From Ignavibacteriota bacterium (GTDB lineage: Bacteria > Bacteroidota > Ignavibacteria > Palsa-1295): DNA of 64,000 nt. Made by a program: the position numbers and the translations under genes. Below the pieces are notes generated by a model. It searched no databases. It saw nothing but the letters and a program-made list of their open reading frames with translations, and had not been told where the DNA came from. Shown one piece after another: positions 17,827 through 26,924 of this stretch; the stretch's first letter is position 1, and each line of letters starts with the position of its first letter. The stretch spans positions 544,001-608,000 of the forward strand of contig CAWBEI010000002.1 in assembly GCA_963787835.1 (NCBI GenBank), read 5' to 3'.

Positions 17827-17870
17827 CAAATAAAAAACGAGAGGCAAGTTTGCCTCTCGTTTTTTATTTG
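17827..17870. terminator. Bidirectional intrinsic terminator
   Basis: CAAATAAAAAACGAGAGGCAA-gt-TTGCCTCTCGTTTTTTATTTG between convergent genes. Confidence 0.85.
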
Positions 17871-17892
17871 CAGTAATTAAATCAGTTTTAAT

Positions 17893-18032
17893 GTCATCCT
17901 GAGCGTAGCAAAACTCAGTCCGGCCCAAGCGGACTGAGTTTTGCGAAGTCGAAGGATCTGTTGCGGTTATAGCAGAGATCCTTCGACTCCGTTCGTCCCT
18001 CCTTCGTCGGGCCGAACTCCGCTCAGGATGAC
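17893..18032. repeat. REPIN-like element (GTCATCCTGAGC...CGAAGGATCT/AGATCCTTCG...GCTCAGGATGAC family)
   Basis: Nested inverted repeats; same family at 46861 and 49830. Confidence 0.9.
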
Positions 18033-18052
18033 AACTTAAACTGATTCCTTTT

Positions 18053-18793
18053 TCAATTCGCCATCACTTCCACCTGCCCATCGAGCGAATAGGCAAGTTT
18101 GCCGCCGGCGGAAAGCAGTTCGGCTGGAATGTTTTCGGCACAACGCGAGCCTTTACCAATTCTATGCGCGTGCCGTAAGTCGTTTCCCAGTTCGTACTCC
18201 ACTAACCGTACGATCGTATGATGAATATCTTCCATCGAATCGGCCCCGTCGATCACATGAATGCGGTCGGGATGCTTTTGTGCCATCGACATATAGCCTT
18301 GCACGACATGGCTAAAAAATAAGCGGCTTTCGGATTCCATCCGGTCATCGCCCATGCCTTTGCGTCGCTGAATAGCCATTTCGATCGGCACATCGATGAG
18401 GAACGTAATGTCGGGAATCAGTCCTCCTGTGGCAAGATCGTTCACGCTGCGAATATAAGCAAGCGGCAACCCGCGTCCGTAACCCTGATAGGCGATCGTG
18501 GAATCGGTGAAGCGGTCGCAGATGACGACAGCATTGCGTTTCAGCGCCGGTTCGATCACTTGTTCGACGAGTTGTGCGCGGCTGGCGGCAAAAAGAAGTA
18601 GTTCCGCAGCATGAGAAACGGGAGCCTTATGTTTGGCGTCGAGCAATATCGATCGTATCTGCTCCGAGAGATCGGTTCCGCCTGGTTCCCTGACCAGCAC
18701 TACTTCGATCCCTTGGTCCGTCAGGCGGTCGGCAACTAATTTCGCCTGTGACGACTTTCCGCTTCCATCAATACCTTCAAATGTTATAAGCAT
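18053..18793 (-). CDS. tmk: Thymidylate kinase with a C-terminal extension
   Basis: MLITFEGIDGSGKSSQ P-loop, REPGGT, ELLLFAASRAQ, CDRFTDSTIAYQGYGRG; ATG at 18793 preceded by GGAAGGA. Confidence 0.95.
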   Translation of the reverse strand: MLITFEGIDGSGKSSQAKLVADRLTDQGIEVVLVREPGGTDLSEQIRSILLDAKHKAPVSHAAELLLFAASRAQLVEQVIEPALKRNAVVICDRFTDSTIAYQGYGRGLPLAYIRSVNDLATGGLIPDITFLIDVPIEMAIQRRKGMGDDRMESESRLFFSHVVQGYMSMAQKHPDRIHVIDGADSMEDIHHTIVRLVEYELGNDLRHAHRIGKGSRCAENIPAELLSAGGKLAYSLDGQVEVMAN

Positions 18794-19031
18794 ATTATTT
18801 CCTTCCCTAACGCAAGGAGCGCGCATCATGGGTGATGCTCGGCGAAGAAGGAAACGAGTACCCACGCAGCAAGTGAATAGCACTGCTGCCCATTCACTCG
18901 TCACCGCCTACCCGTTGCTTGCCTCACGATATTCGTTGTTACGATATTCGTTTTTAAAACGATGATTCGTTGTTTAGTGAGAATCTACGTATTTAAGAAC
19001 GACGTTTGCCCGTCATTCACTTCCACAATAT

Positions 19032-19048
19032 AGCAATTATTTTGCCAA
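19032..19048 (-). promoter_or_regulatory. Sigma54 (-24/-12) promoter upstream of tmk
   Basis: Minus strand TTGGCAAAATAATTGCT matches TGGCA-N6-TTGC with exact GG-N10-GC spacing. Confidence 0.6.
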
Positions 19049-19153
19049 AGTCAAGCGCAAGCAAAAAGTTGAAGACCCGATAACCCTAATATTGCCTGTT
19101 GAAACAAATATCTAGCTCGTTCGTTTTTCCTTTACTAACTTAGAAATATTATT

Positions 19154-20032
19154 ATGGATATACTCACACAGACTCATACCAGAGAATTAGATCGCATCGT
19201 TAATGGCGAGATCACCATTGAAGGCGGCGGATTTCAGGTGCGCCGGCCCTTCCCGACGCGATCACTCGATCATGTCGATCCGTTCTTGCTGCTCGATGAA
19301 GCTGGGCCGATCCAACACAACCCCGGTGACGAAGATGGTCTCCCCGACCACCCCCACCGCGGCTTCGAGACGCTTACCTATATCCTCGAAGGCGAAACCC
19401 GCAGCCACGATTCTACCGGCTTCGCGGAAGACTTTTACGCCGGCGATGTCGAATGGACGACCGCCGGACGTGGCATCATCCACGGTGGCGGCCCGACCGA
19501 GTACACCAGCACGCATGGCGGCTCCATGCGCGGATTCCAGCTTTGGGTGAATCTTCCGGCAGCAAAGAAGATGATCCCGCCGCAATCGCTGCGCATTAAG
19601 GCAGAGTCTATTCCAGTCATTCAGGATGCGGAAAGCGGCTATGCCCTGAAAGTTCTTGGCGGCGATGCCGCTGGCCTGCGCGGGCCGATCAATACCACCT
19701 GGCCCATTCTTTATTTGCATTATGCAATTCAACCCGGCGGCCATGCATTGCTCGATGTACCGGCAGGGCAGAATATTATGCTTTATGTATTTCGCGGAGG
19801 TATTAGCGTCGGCAAAGATGCCTCGCAACTAAAAGCAGGCCAATTGGGAATTCTTTCCGATGGCGATCAACTTGCCATCGCGAATACGTTGGATGATGTT
19901 GCCGAACTCATCGTGCTCGGCGCAGAGCCGATCAATGAGCCCGTCGCGCGCTACGGCCCGTTCGTGATGAACACCCGCGACGAGGTCTTCCAGGCCTTCG
20001 ATGATTATAATGCGGGGAAGTTCGGATTGTAA
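19154..20032 (+). CDS. Pirin family protein
   Basis: DPFLLLDE, HPHRGFETLTY, WTTAGRGIIH, GFQLWVNLP, EPVARYGPFVMNT. Confidence 0.95.
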   Translation: MDILTQTHTRELDRIVNGEITIEGGGFQVRRPFPTRSLDHVDPFLLLDEAGPIQHNPGDEDGLPDHPHRGFETLTYILEGETRSHDSTGFAEDFYAGDVEWTTAGRGIIHGGGPTEYTSTHGGSMRGFQLWVNLPAAKKMIPPQSLRIKAESIPVIQDAESGYALKVLGGDAAGLRGPINTTWPILYLHYAIQPGGHALLDVPAGQNIMLYVFRGGISVGKDASQLKAGQLGILSDGDQLAIANTLDDVAELIVLGAEPINEPVARYGPFVMNTRDEVFQAFDDYNAGKFGL

Positions 20033-20035
20033 TTC

Positions 20036-20110
20036 GTAGGCGTACCCTTTAGGGTACGGCGAAATTAGAATATTAGAGCATATTCGCCGTGACTTAAAAG
20101 TCACGGCTAC
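20036..20110. repeat. REPIN-like doublet (GTAG-CCGTGACC-N4-GGTCACGG family, diverged)
   Basis: GTAGGCGTACCCTTTAGGGTACGG ... CCGTGACTTAAAAGTCACGGCTAC. Confidence 0.75.
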
Positions 20111-20140
20111 AAAAAAGGGCAGGCTAATCGCCTGCCCTTT
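20111..20140. terminator. Intrinsic terminator after the pirin gene
   Basis: AAAAAAGGGCAGGC-taatc-GCCTGCCCTTT. Confidence 0.7.
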
Positions 20141-20228
20141 CGTAAACTGAAGTTTGCGCTACATTTCTGTACTTCGTATTGAAACTGAGGTGAGACGAAC
20201 TGGGCAGAACAAGCGTTCTCTGTCTGTC

Positions 20229-20615
20229 ATGCAAGAGACTACTATTACACACGATACTCCATCGATCCTCAATGCGAGCGTCGTGAACGATACCTTGATA
20301 GAGAGCATTACACAGCGAATCGTCGAGGCGATACATCCAGAACGCGTGATCCTTTTTGGCAGCCATGCGCGGGGGGATTCTCAGTCCGATAGCGATCTTG
20401 ATGTCTTCGTTGAATGGGAAACCGCAGAAAGCAGGCTCGACCGGTATATGAAGGTGCTCAGCCTCTTTCACGGACGCCACTGGTCGATGGATCTGATTGT
20501 GATGACACCTAAAGAGGTTGAGGATCGGAGGAATTCGCGGCATTCGATTGTGCCCATCATCGAACGAGAAGGTAAAGTGCTTTTTGACCGATCGAAGGCG
20601 ATCTCTAATGCGTGA
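20229..20615 (+). CDS. Minimal nucleotidyltransferase (MNT) antitoxin
   Basis: VILFGSHARG....SDLDVFV, DLIVMTP, IEREGKVLF. Confidence 0.9.
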   Translation: MQETTITHDTPSILNASVVNDTLIESITQRIVEAIHPERVILFGSHARGDSQSDSDLDVFVEWETAESRLDRYMKVLSLFHGRHWSMDLIVMTPKEVEDRRNSRHSIVPIIEREGKVLFDRSKAISNA

Positions 20616-20982
20616 TCACGAATACTGGTTGCGAATCGCTGAAGAAGATCGGACTGCGATTCAACATCTTTCCGCAAGTAATGGGCCGTGGCGCATCGTA
20701 GTATTTCTCGCTCAATCTGCAGCAGAGAAATATCTGAAGGCGTTTCTTACATTCTTCGACGCCAACCCAGAACGGACGCACGATATGAATAAATTACTTG
20801 CAGAGTGCCAGGCGTTCGATCCAGAACTCCGTGAGTTCGAAACAGACTGCGCGCATTTGTCACTCTTCTCGGTCGATTCGAGATACCCGGTTTACGAAGG
20901 GGATTATGACGAGGATTCCGCAATGTTAGCCGTCGCAGCATCGGAACGAATTTGTGACGCCATTCGAACGCGGATTCGATGA
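20608..20982 (+). CDS. HEPN domain protein (partner of MNT)
   Basis: WL..AEED, FLAQSAAEKYLKA, RTHD, SRYP; overlaps the MNT stop. Confidence 0.9.
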   Translation: MRDHEYWLRIAEEDRTAIQHLSASNGPWRIVVFLAQSAAEKYLKAFLTFFDANPERTHDMNKLLAECQAFDPELREFETDCAHLSLFSVDSRYPVYEGDYDEDSAMLAVAASERICDAIRTRIR

Positions 20983-20990
20983 TACAAAAT

Positions 20991-21018
20991 AAAAAAGGGG
21001 CCGATAGCAGCCCCTTTT
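20991..21018. terminator. Bidirectional intrinsic terminator
   Basis: AAAAAAGGGGC-cgatagca-GCCCCTTTT between convergent genes. Confidence 0.7.
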
Positions 21019-21040
21019 GATCATATAGAAAAACGTTTCA

Positions 21041-23017
21041 TTACTGCCCGTTCTTCTCGATGGTAAACTCCACGCGGCGGTTAAGCTGGCGGCCTTCCGG
21101 CAGCGAGTTCGGGAACTTCGGATCGTTGACGCCATGGCCCTGCGCGGTAACGTTCGCCGGCAGCGAAGTCATCATGCGAAGCGCTGAGATCGCTCCGTTG
21201 GCGCGTGCTTCCGAGAGCGTTTGGTTGTATTCCCGCGTTCCGGTGGAATCGCAATAGCCATCGATCCTCACGCCCGTCGCACCTGCACTGATGCTTTCGC
21301 TGATGAGTTCCAGCATCTGCCGCGCACGCGGGTTGATGTCTGCTCGGTCAAAGTCGAACGAGAGCATCGCGTATTTTTCGAGATTATTCCGATCGACCGT
21401 TTTTGCTTTGATCTGGGTAAACCCATCGGCATGACCGGTCTGCCCTTTATCATCCGTGACGGTCAGCGTATAATGAACCGGCTGGTTGAGATACTGCTGT
21501 GCGTTCGGGATATCCTCGGTGGTCGTTGAGGGTGGCGCTCCGGTTCCCGAAAGCGGAGGCGCAACTTGTTCACCATCTTTATCGAGTGTGATCGTCCAGC
21601 TCTTGTAATTTCGATTCGATGGATCCGGTGTGATCGTCACATTATATTGCACCGTCGTCGCGCCGACACTGAGATTCTGCCGGTTTTCGATCTTGACCGG
21701 AGCCGTCAGCCCTGGATCGTTCGAGGTGATCTCCACACGGCGATTTTCCGACATACCGGCTTTTGTAACAGGGTTCGTCGGGATCTCCGGCAGGTTGCGC
21801 TGATCGATCGTAATACGGTTCGGGCTAATGCCCCAGGTGTTTTCCAGATAATTAGCGACCGCAGTGGCACGCGCTTTCGAAAGTTCAATATTGTTCTTTT
21901 CCTCTTTCGAGTTGGAATTACAGCCGGTAACCTTGATGGTCATATTTGGATTATTTTTCATACGCGATCCAAATACATCCAGCGCTTCGTGGTTTACTTC
22001 GAGCGCATTTTTTCCATTGAGCGCCGATTGCTCGCTAAACCCCGTCGCGCCACTCTGGCCGTATCTCGATGGAATAACGGCCGAACCTTCATCAAAGAAA
22101 ATGTAAGGCAACAGCGGCATCGAAGAGCGATTATGCAGCGCCTGTTGCGGCGATACGAGATCGTTCGTTGGCGAGCCATCCGGCATCACGCCGTGCGCGG
22201 TGATCGTTGCAGAGATCGGCTCAGGCGGCGGTGGGGGTGGTGGAGGGCCGGCAAGCGCGAACTTCAAACTTACGCCAAGGGAGATCGTAGAAGGATCCAC
22301 AACGAAGCCATCATTGCTGGCATAATTCCCAAGCGGATAATTAAAGAACGCCTCCGGACTCAGCCAGATCGTGTTGTCTGCATTCATGGGGATGTCATAT
22401 CCTGCTCCCACTTTTATCCCGGCAAGGAATTTGGAATAACTGGGAAGGTTCCCTTTCACAGATCCATTCGTGTAGGAAAGTGCCTGGATCGGAGTAGAAA
22501 GATTGAACCCTCCCATGACATGAAAATTGCTGAACGAATACTTTGCGAGCAGATCCGCGCCAATATCTGCTATGGAAAGTAACAGTAACTCGTTCGACAC
22601 GGTTGGCCCCGGTGTCGGCGTCGATTGCTGATTCCAGCTTAAGCTCCTATTGTTGTAAGCGATTCGCGGTACGAACATCCAGTTCGTCGCGAATGGAATT
22701 TCAGCAAGGATATGGAACTCCGGATTGATCTGAGTCGAACCGGTGGTATATCCATAGTGAGAATATAACGGATCGCCAACCGAGTCGCCGGTACCGGCTG
22801 TGCCGGAGAGCTGCGAATTGATGTTCAACGCCCCGCCGAAACCGAGCGTAAGCGTATGGGGCCACGTGACATTCGTGCCATCCGACGACGTTCCGCCCGT
22901 TTGCGCACACGCATTCCGTGTGGAGAAAAAAACGGTGAAGAACGCGAGCGCTACGATAGACGAAGCAAGGCGCGACGTCCAGCGGCGAGGGATAATACGA
23001 AGTCTATAAGGTTCCAT
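21041..23017 (-). CDS. OmpA-family outer membrane protein: N-terminal beta-barrel, poly-Pro linker, two OmpA-like peptidoglycan-binding domains
   Basis: YIFFDEGS..., LSKARA.AV.NYL, NRRVEI; FDFDRADI, DGYCDSTG..YNQTLSEARA, NRRVEF. Confidence 0.9.
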   Translation of the reverse strand: MEPYRLRIIPRRWTSRLASSIVALAFFTVFFSTRNACAQTGGTSSDGTNVTWPHTLTLGFGGALNINSQLSGTAGTGDSVGDPLYSHYGYTTGSTQINPEFHILAEIPFATNWMFVPRIAYNNRSLSWNQQSTPTPGPTVSNELLLLSIADIGADLLAKYSFSNFHVMGGFNLSTPIQALSYTNGSVKGNLPSYSKFLAGIKVGAGYDIPMNADNTIWLSPEAFFNYPLGNYASNDGFVVDPSTISLGVSLKFALAGPPPPPPPPEPISATITAHGVMPDGSPTNDLVSPQQALHNRSSMPLLPYIFFDEGSAVIPSRYGQSGATGFSEQSALNGKNALEVNHEALDVFGSRMKNNPNMTIKVTGCNSNSKEEKNNIELSKARATAVANYLENTWGISPNRITIDQRNLPEIPTNPVTKAGMSENRRVEITSNDPGLTAPVKIENRQNLSVGATTVQYNVTITPDPSNRNYKSWTITLDKDGEQVAPPLSGTGAPPSTTTEDIPNAQQYLNQPVHYTLTVTDDKGQTGHADGFTQIKAKTVDRNNLEKYAMLSFDFDRADINPRARQMLELISESISAGATGVRIDGYCDSTGTREYNQTLSEARANGAISALRMMTSLPANVTAQGHGVNDPKFPNSLPEGRQLNRRVEFTIEKNGQ

Positions 23018-23669
23018 ACTGCTTAGGTCCTGCGATTAGTTATATGAAAACCCAGCGGACGATCCTCGGAAGCGTCGAACCTCTTCATTCAAGAGGCTCG
23101 ATGCAACTCCTATTTTGCCACAGCCCCCAAAAGCAGGGTGCGCAAAAAATGCCCGATGAGTGTAAATTATCAAAATCTTGTTTCAAGCAATCGGCGCCCG
23201 AACATCGGTGATCGATGTAAAGCGCGGTTAAAATGAAGGCCATCCATTGAAGGATCGGATTGAGATCATACTCCATATTTTTTCAAAACATGGGAAGTAG
23301 AATCGAAGCATCCGATCGCGTAACGATCACGATCGAAATTGCATAATGCCATTCCAACCGCCGCGCGAAGGATGGGCAACGCGAAATCGCACACTTGCCA
23401 TAGGGACTTATCTCTACGAATAGTATCAGAAACTGTTTCTTGATAATGCATCCGGCTTTAATGAACAAATACTCAAGTATAAGGGTCACATGAGCGAGCG
23501 ACTACCGGAATGGAACTATAATTCTCGAGGCTACCCATCGAAGATCATCATTCATCCCACGAAGTAAGGATCTAGCGCGTCCGATTCCATCTGCTGGATC
23601 ACGCTCGGACATCTTCTGAAAAAAACCCTTTTCCAACACTGTACAATAGCTGTACAAAGATGAAAATAT

Positions 23670-23766
23670 TGTCTCAAAATGAGACGCGATCAAATTGGGT
23701 GTCTTGAAATAAGAATGCTTCGATTTTTATTGTCCCGTTCTGGTACAGGTGTGTTTTTTTGAGACG
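23670..23766. promoter_or_regulatory. Cluster of four related 17-bp dyad sites (best copy TGTCTCAAAATGAGACG)
   Basis: Sites start at 23670, 23700, 23731 and 23750 in the divergent region upstream of the ompA-like gene. Confidence 0.4.
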
Positions 23767-23942
23767 AAAAAAAAGTGAAAATATTACGATTCTAGCCGAT
23801 TTCCGCCAATTTCGTGAATTACTCTACCGAGGTTTTCGTCTAATTGTGTGAAGAAATAAAATTGATTTCGCGTGATCATTTTAAGCCCAGATCACCATAC
23901 TTGAAGTGAGAATTATAGTGAAGTATTGCAGCAAATAATCCG

Positions 23943-24521
23943 ATGAAGATCCTTCTATCATTATTAGCCATATCGATGGTTCTCGCAGGACGAGCGGGAG
24001 CCCAGACTTCGGCTGATAATCATCCTGGGAACCTTGCCTCCCTTGGTGGATTGCCATCGTATATCTCGACCGTTGAGGACCCAAGCGGCATCAACGCTCC
24101 GAAGATCGATGCTAGATCTTCGGCGATCCCATCGGAATCGAAAACCTATAAAAGAGGCATTATCCCCGATAGTTTGGTACAGGCTACCGAACGGCTTGTT
24201 TCCAATCAATCCAATGGCTCTACCGAATTGCTGCGTTCCGGGAAAGTCCTGGACCTTAGCACAACGATGAGCGGAGGAAGTGGCCTTTTTGACAGGGAGT
24301 CGATCAACGTTCATGTGGCCTATAATGCTCGCCCGGTGGGCGGCATTCTGAACATCCGTGTAGAACTCGTGCCCGTCTTCGGAGGAATCGGTTCAGCGGT
24401 GCGCCCGACGATAAGCCGGGATTTTGCCCAGGCCGTCGATGATTTTGATGATGATTTCATTACCCAGACGATCCTGAAACTTACGGTCGATCTGGCTTCG
24501 GAGTTGGGTACCAACCAGTAA
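23943..24521 (+). CDS. Hypothetical secreted protein
   Basis: 192-aa ORF with signal peptide (MKILLSLLAISMVLAGRAGA-Q). Confidence 0.7.
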   Translation: MKILLSLLAISMVLAGRAGAQTSADNHPGNLASLGGLPSYISTVEDPSGINAPKIDARSSAIPSESKTYKRGIIPDSLVQATERLVSNQSNGSTELLRSGKVLDLSTTMSGGSGLFDRESINVHVAYNARPVGGILNIRVELVPVFGGIGSAVRPTISRDFAQAVDDFDDDFITQTILKLTVDLASELGTNQ

Positions 24522-24751
24522 GTGTTAGATATCTTTCCGGTCTTTGAGATAGACATCGCAGTAATAAATTAAAATGCGCCTGGAAATCCAGGCGTTTTTT
24601 TCGCCCAAGATCGATACCGCAGGTCTCGCGTTCGTTCAGTACTTTTGGAAATCGCATTCGAACGAAATCGAAACAAGGAAACAATTCGACGGTCTCTTTG
24701 GTAGTGTTGCTGACAAAAGTAAGAATACCAGTGCACTTAAAGAGACTCACG

Positions 24752-25543
24752 ATGAAGAGCCCACGATATCTCCGGTCGGTAACGCACGCGCTGCTTGTAG
24801 TTCTGTCTATTGTTAGTTTTTCAACAACCAGTCTCTCGCAAACTCGAAAGGATTTCCTCCAGCCTGGCGAAGAACTTGTCTATAAGGTAAAGTATGGCTT
24901 TGTCAAGCTCGGCACTGTCGTCATGCAGACCGGCAACGTTTCCTCCGATGGCCTGGTCAGCACGCACCTGCATTTCTGGACCGCCGATATTCCGTTCCTG
25001 AATGCCAAAACGACGGATAACGAGCAGTACTATGCGGACGATCTTTGCGTGCGTTCCTTCGAGGAACATAGCATCAATGGAGATGATAAATTAGATGTGT
25101 TCTCCACCTACGACCGTGCAACAAAAACGCTTCAGTATGCCGATGACAAGCGGAAGAACGTGATCAAGCAAAATGTCGAGCCGTATGACGATGCGCTCGG
25201 CGTGCTGTTTAACATGCGAGCCTGGAGCGGAGCAGCAGGGCACAAATACATCTTCCTCATTCACGAGGTTACTGACGTAAAACCTATTACCGTCGATTTT
25301 TCGAATGAAATATCAGAAGAGGAAGTACCGGCGTTGAATGATAAAAAAGTTCGAACCCGTGTGCTGCACGGAACCATGGATTTAGGCGGTTCCGCGCCGC
25401 TCGGCGCCGATGGCTCCTTCACCGCGTATGTTTCCGATGACAATGCGGCGGTGCCGGTGCGAATCGAAATGAAGATCGCGATCGGCTCCATCACGCTCTC
25501 ACTCGATAAGATCAAACGCACCGGCTGGGTAGCGGAGAAATAA
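24752..25543 (+). CDS. DUF3108-like secreted protein
   Basis: Signal peptide; GEELVYKVKYGFVKLG; C-terminal YVSDD..AVPVRIEMKIAIGSI. Confidence 0.8.
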   Translation: MKSPRYLRSVTHALLVVLSIVSFSTTSLSQTRKDFLQPGEELVYKVKYGFVKLGTVVMQTGNVSSDGLVSTHLHFWTADIPFLNAKTTDNEQYYADDLCVRSFEEHSINGDDKLDVFSTYDRATKTLQYADDKRKNVIKQNVEPYDDALGVLFNMRAWSGAAGHKYIFLIHEVTDVKPITVDFSNEISEEEVPALNDKKVRTRVLHGTMDLGGSAPLGADGSFTAYVSDDNAAVPVRIEMKIAIGSITLSLDKIKRTGWVAEK

Positions 25544-25545
25544 TT

Positions 25546-26316
25546 ATGAAACATTTCGACCACATCACGATCATTGGCAAAAGCCGAACCGGAACATCCC
25601 TTGCAATGGCGATCAAAAGAAGCGCGGGAATAAAACTTTCGGCGCAGATCCCCGCGCGTCAGGCGAAATATCCTCGGATCAACTCCGAAATAATCATCAT
25701 TGCAACCAAGGATGATCAGATCGCCGGCGTTTCGGAAAAAGCGATCGCCGCTGCATCGAAAAAACTTCGGCTTATCGTGCATCTTGCCGGGTCACTTCCG
25801 AGCACAACATTATCTACCCGCCCAGGCGTGGCTCGGCTGACGCTTCATCCCATACAAACATTCACCGAACCAAGCGGACATCTCTTCCGCGACATTTACT
25901 GGATGGCATCCTCCAGCAACCGCGAATCGCTCAAATGGGCCAATGAGTTTGTAAAGGGCCTTGGCGGAGTCGGTATCATTCCACTGAAAAGTGAAGATTT
26001 GCCGCTCTATCATGCCATGACCGTTTTGGGGTCGAATTTTATCACACTTCTGTTTTCCGGCATTGAACGAATCTCCAATGAACTTGGGGTACCCGCGAAA
26101 CGGATGAAAGCAGCTTTGCGTCCCTTGGCAAAACAATCACTCGAAAATGCGATAGCAAAACCCGCAAGTTCGGTTCTTTCCGGACCCATCGTCCGTAAGG
26201 ATTCGACCACCATTCGTAAGCACCAGAAGGCGTTAAATGCGCTCGACCCTCAAATCATGGCCATTTATGATGCTTTTCTGGACTACGGCGTAACACTCGG
26301 AACTCCGAAACGTTAA
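25546..26316 (+). CDS. Rossmann-like / DUF2520 oxidoreductase
   Basis: [25 protein letters not shown]....[16 protein letters not shown]. Confidence 0.88.
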   Translation: MKHFDHITIIGKSRTGTSLAMAIKRSAGIKLSAQIPARQAKYPRINSEIIIIATKDDQIAGVSEKAIAAASKKLRLIVHLAGSLPSTTLSTRPGVARLTLHPIQTFTEPSGHLFRDIYWMASSSNRESLKWANEFVKGLGGVGIIPLKSEDLPLYHAMTVLGSNFITLLFSGIERISNELGVPAKRMKAALRPLAKQSLENAIAKPASSVLSGPIVRKDSTTIRKHQKALNALDPQIMAIYDAFLDYGVTLGTPKR

Positions 26317-26404
26317 CAATAGACTGGCTGTTAAGCACGGCCAATTCACAAAGCAATCAATATTAATCGGGTACGGCAACATCCGTCAGCCCAAAGGAGC
26401 ACAC

Positions 26405-26653
26405 ATGAAACAAGGAATCCATCCAAATTACCACACGGTCACGGTCCATTGCGCAGGCTGTGGAAACGAGTTTGATACTCGCTCAACTACCCCGAACGAT
26501 ACACTTCGCGTCGAAATTTGCGCAAATTGCCATCCGTTCTTCACTGGCAAGCAAAAGCTGGTCGATACCGCAGGACGCGTCGAGCGCTTCCAAAAGAAGT
26601 TCGCAAAGCAAATTGCCGAGCGAAAAGAGAAGCAAGCCGCTGTGCCAGCATAA
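26405..26653 (+). CDS. rpmE: 50S ribosomal protein L31 (zinc-binding type)
   Basis: [38 protein letters not shown]; AAGGAG ribosome-binding site. Confidence 0.97.
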   Translation: MKQGIHPNYHTVTVHCAGCGNEFDTRSTTPNDTLRVEICANCHPFFTGKQKLVDTAGRVERFQKKFAKQIAERKEKQAAVPA

Positions 26654-26683
26654 TTACGAATTAAAAATTACGAATTAAAAATT

Positions 26684-26709
26684 GGGGACGGAAATCGTCC
26701 CCTTTTTTT
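26684..26709 (+). terminator. Intrinsic terminator after rpmE
   Basis: GGGGACG-gaaat-CGTCCCC-TTTTTTT. Confidence 0.85.
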
Positions 26710-26770
26710 ATCCGCTTTTTTCGGGGGATGATTCTGGCGTATTTCCCATTAATTCTTATTTGATAACAAC

Positions 26771-26904
26771 GTCATTGCGAGAGGAACATTCGGAGCGAAG
26801 CGGAGAATGTTCGACGAAGCAATCCCTTCATATTCAGCGCAACCTTCGGGGATTGCTTCGTCAAATCGAACTCCCTTCGGTCGTTCGATTTTCCTCGCTA
26901 TGAC
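26771..26904. repeat. REPIN-like element (GTCATTGCGAG...CGAAGCAATC/GATTGCTTCG...CTCGCAATGAC family)
   Basis: Nested inverted repeats; same family at 51231 and 53217. Confidence 0.88.
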
Positions 26905-26924
26905 AGCATGAAAATTTTTGTATA

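Noticed and set aside
18794-18904. N-terminal extension of Tmk from the ORF track (start 18904)
   Set aside because: The family begins at MLITFEG (18793), which has its own ribosome-binding site; the upstream part is hairpin-rich leader.
21566-22582. 338-aa plus-strand ORF
   Set aside because: Antisense shadow of the OmpA-family gene.
23100-23360. Possible sigma54 promoters for the ompA-like gene (TGGCAAAATAGGAGTTGC; TGGAATGGCATTATGC)
   Set aside because: The GG-to-GC spacing is off by 3 and 1 nt, and sigma54 needs exact spacing.
23085-23693. Several 61-68-aa minus-strand ORFs upstream of the ompA-like gene
   Set aside because: They overlap in different frames and have no motifs or clear ribosome-binding sites; treated as non-coding.
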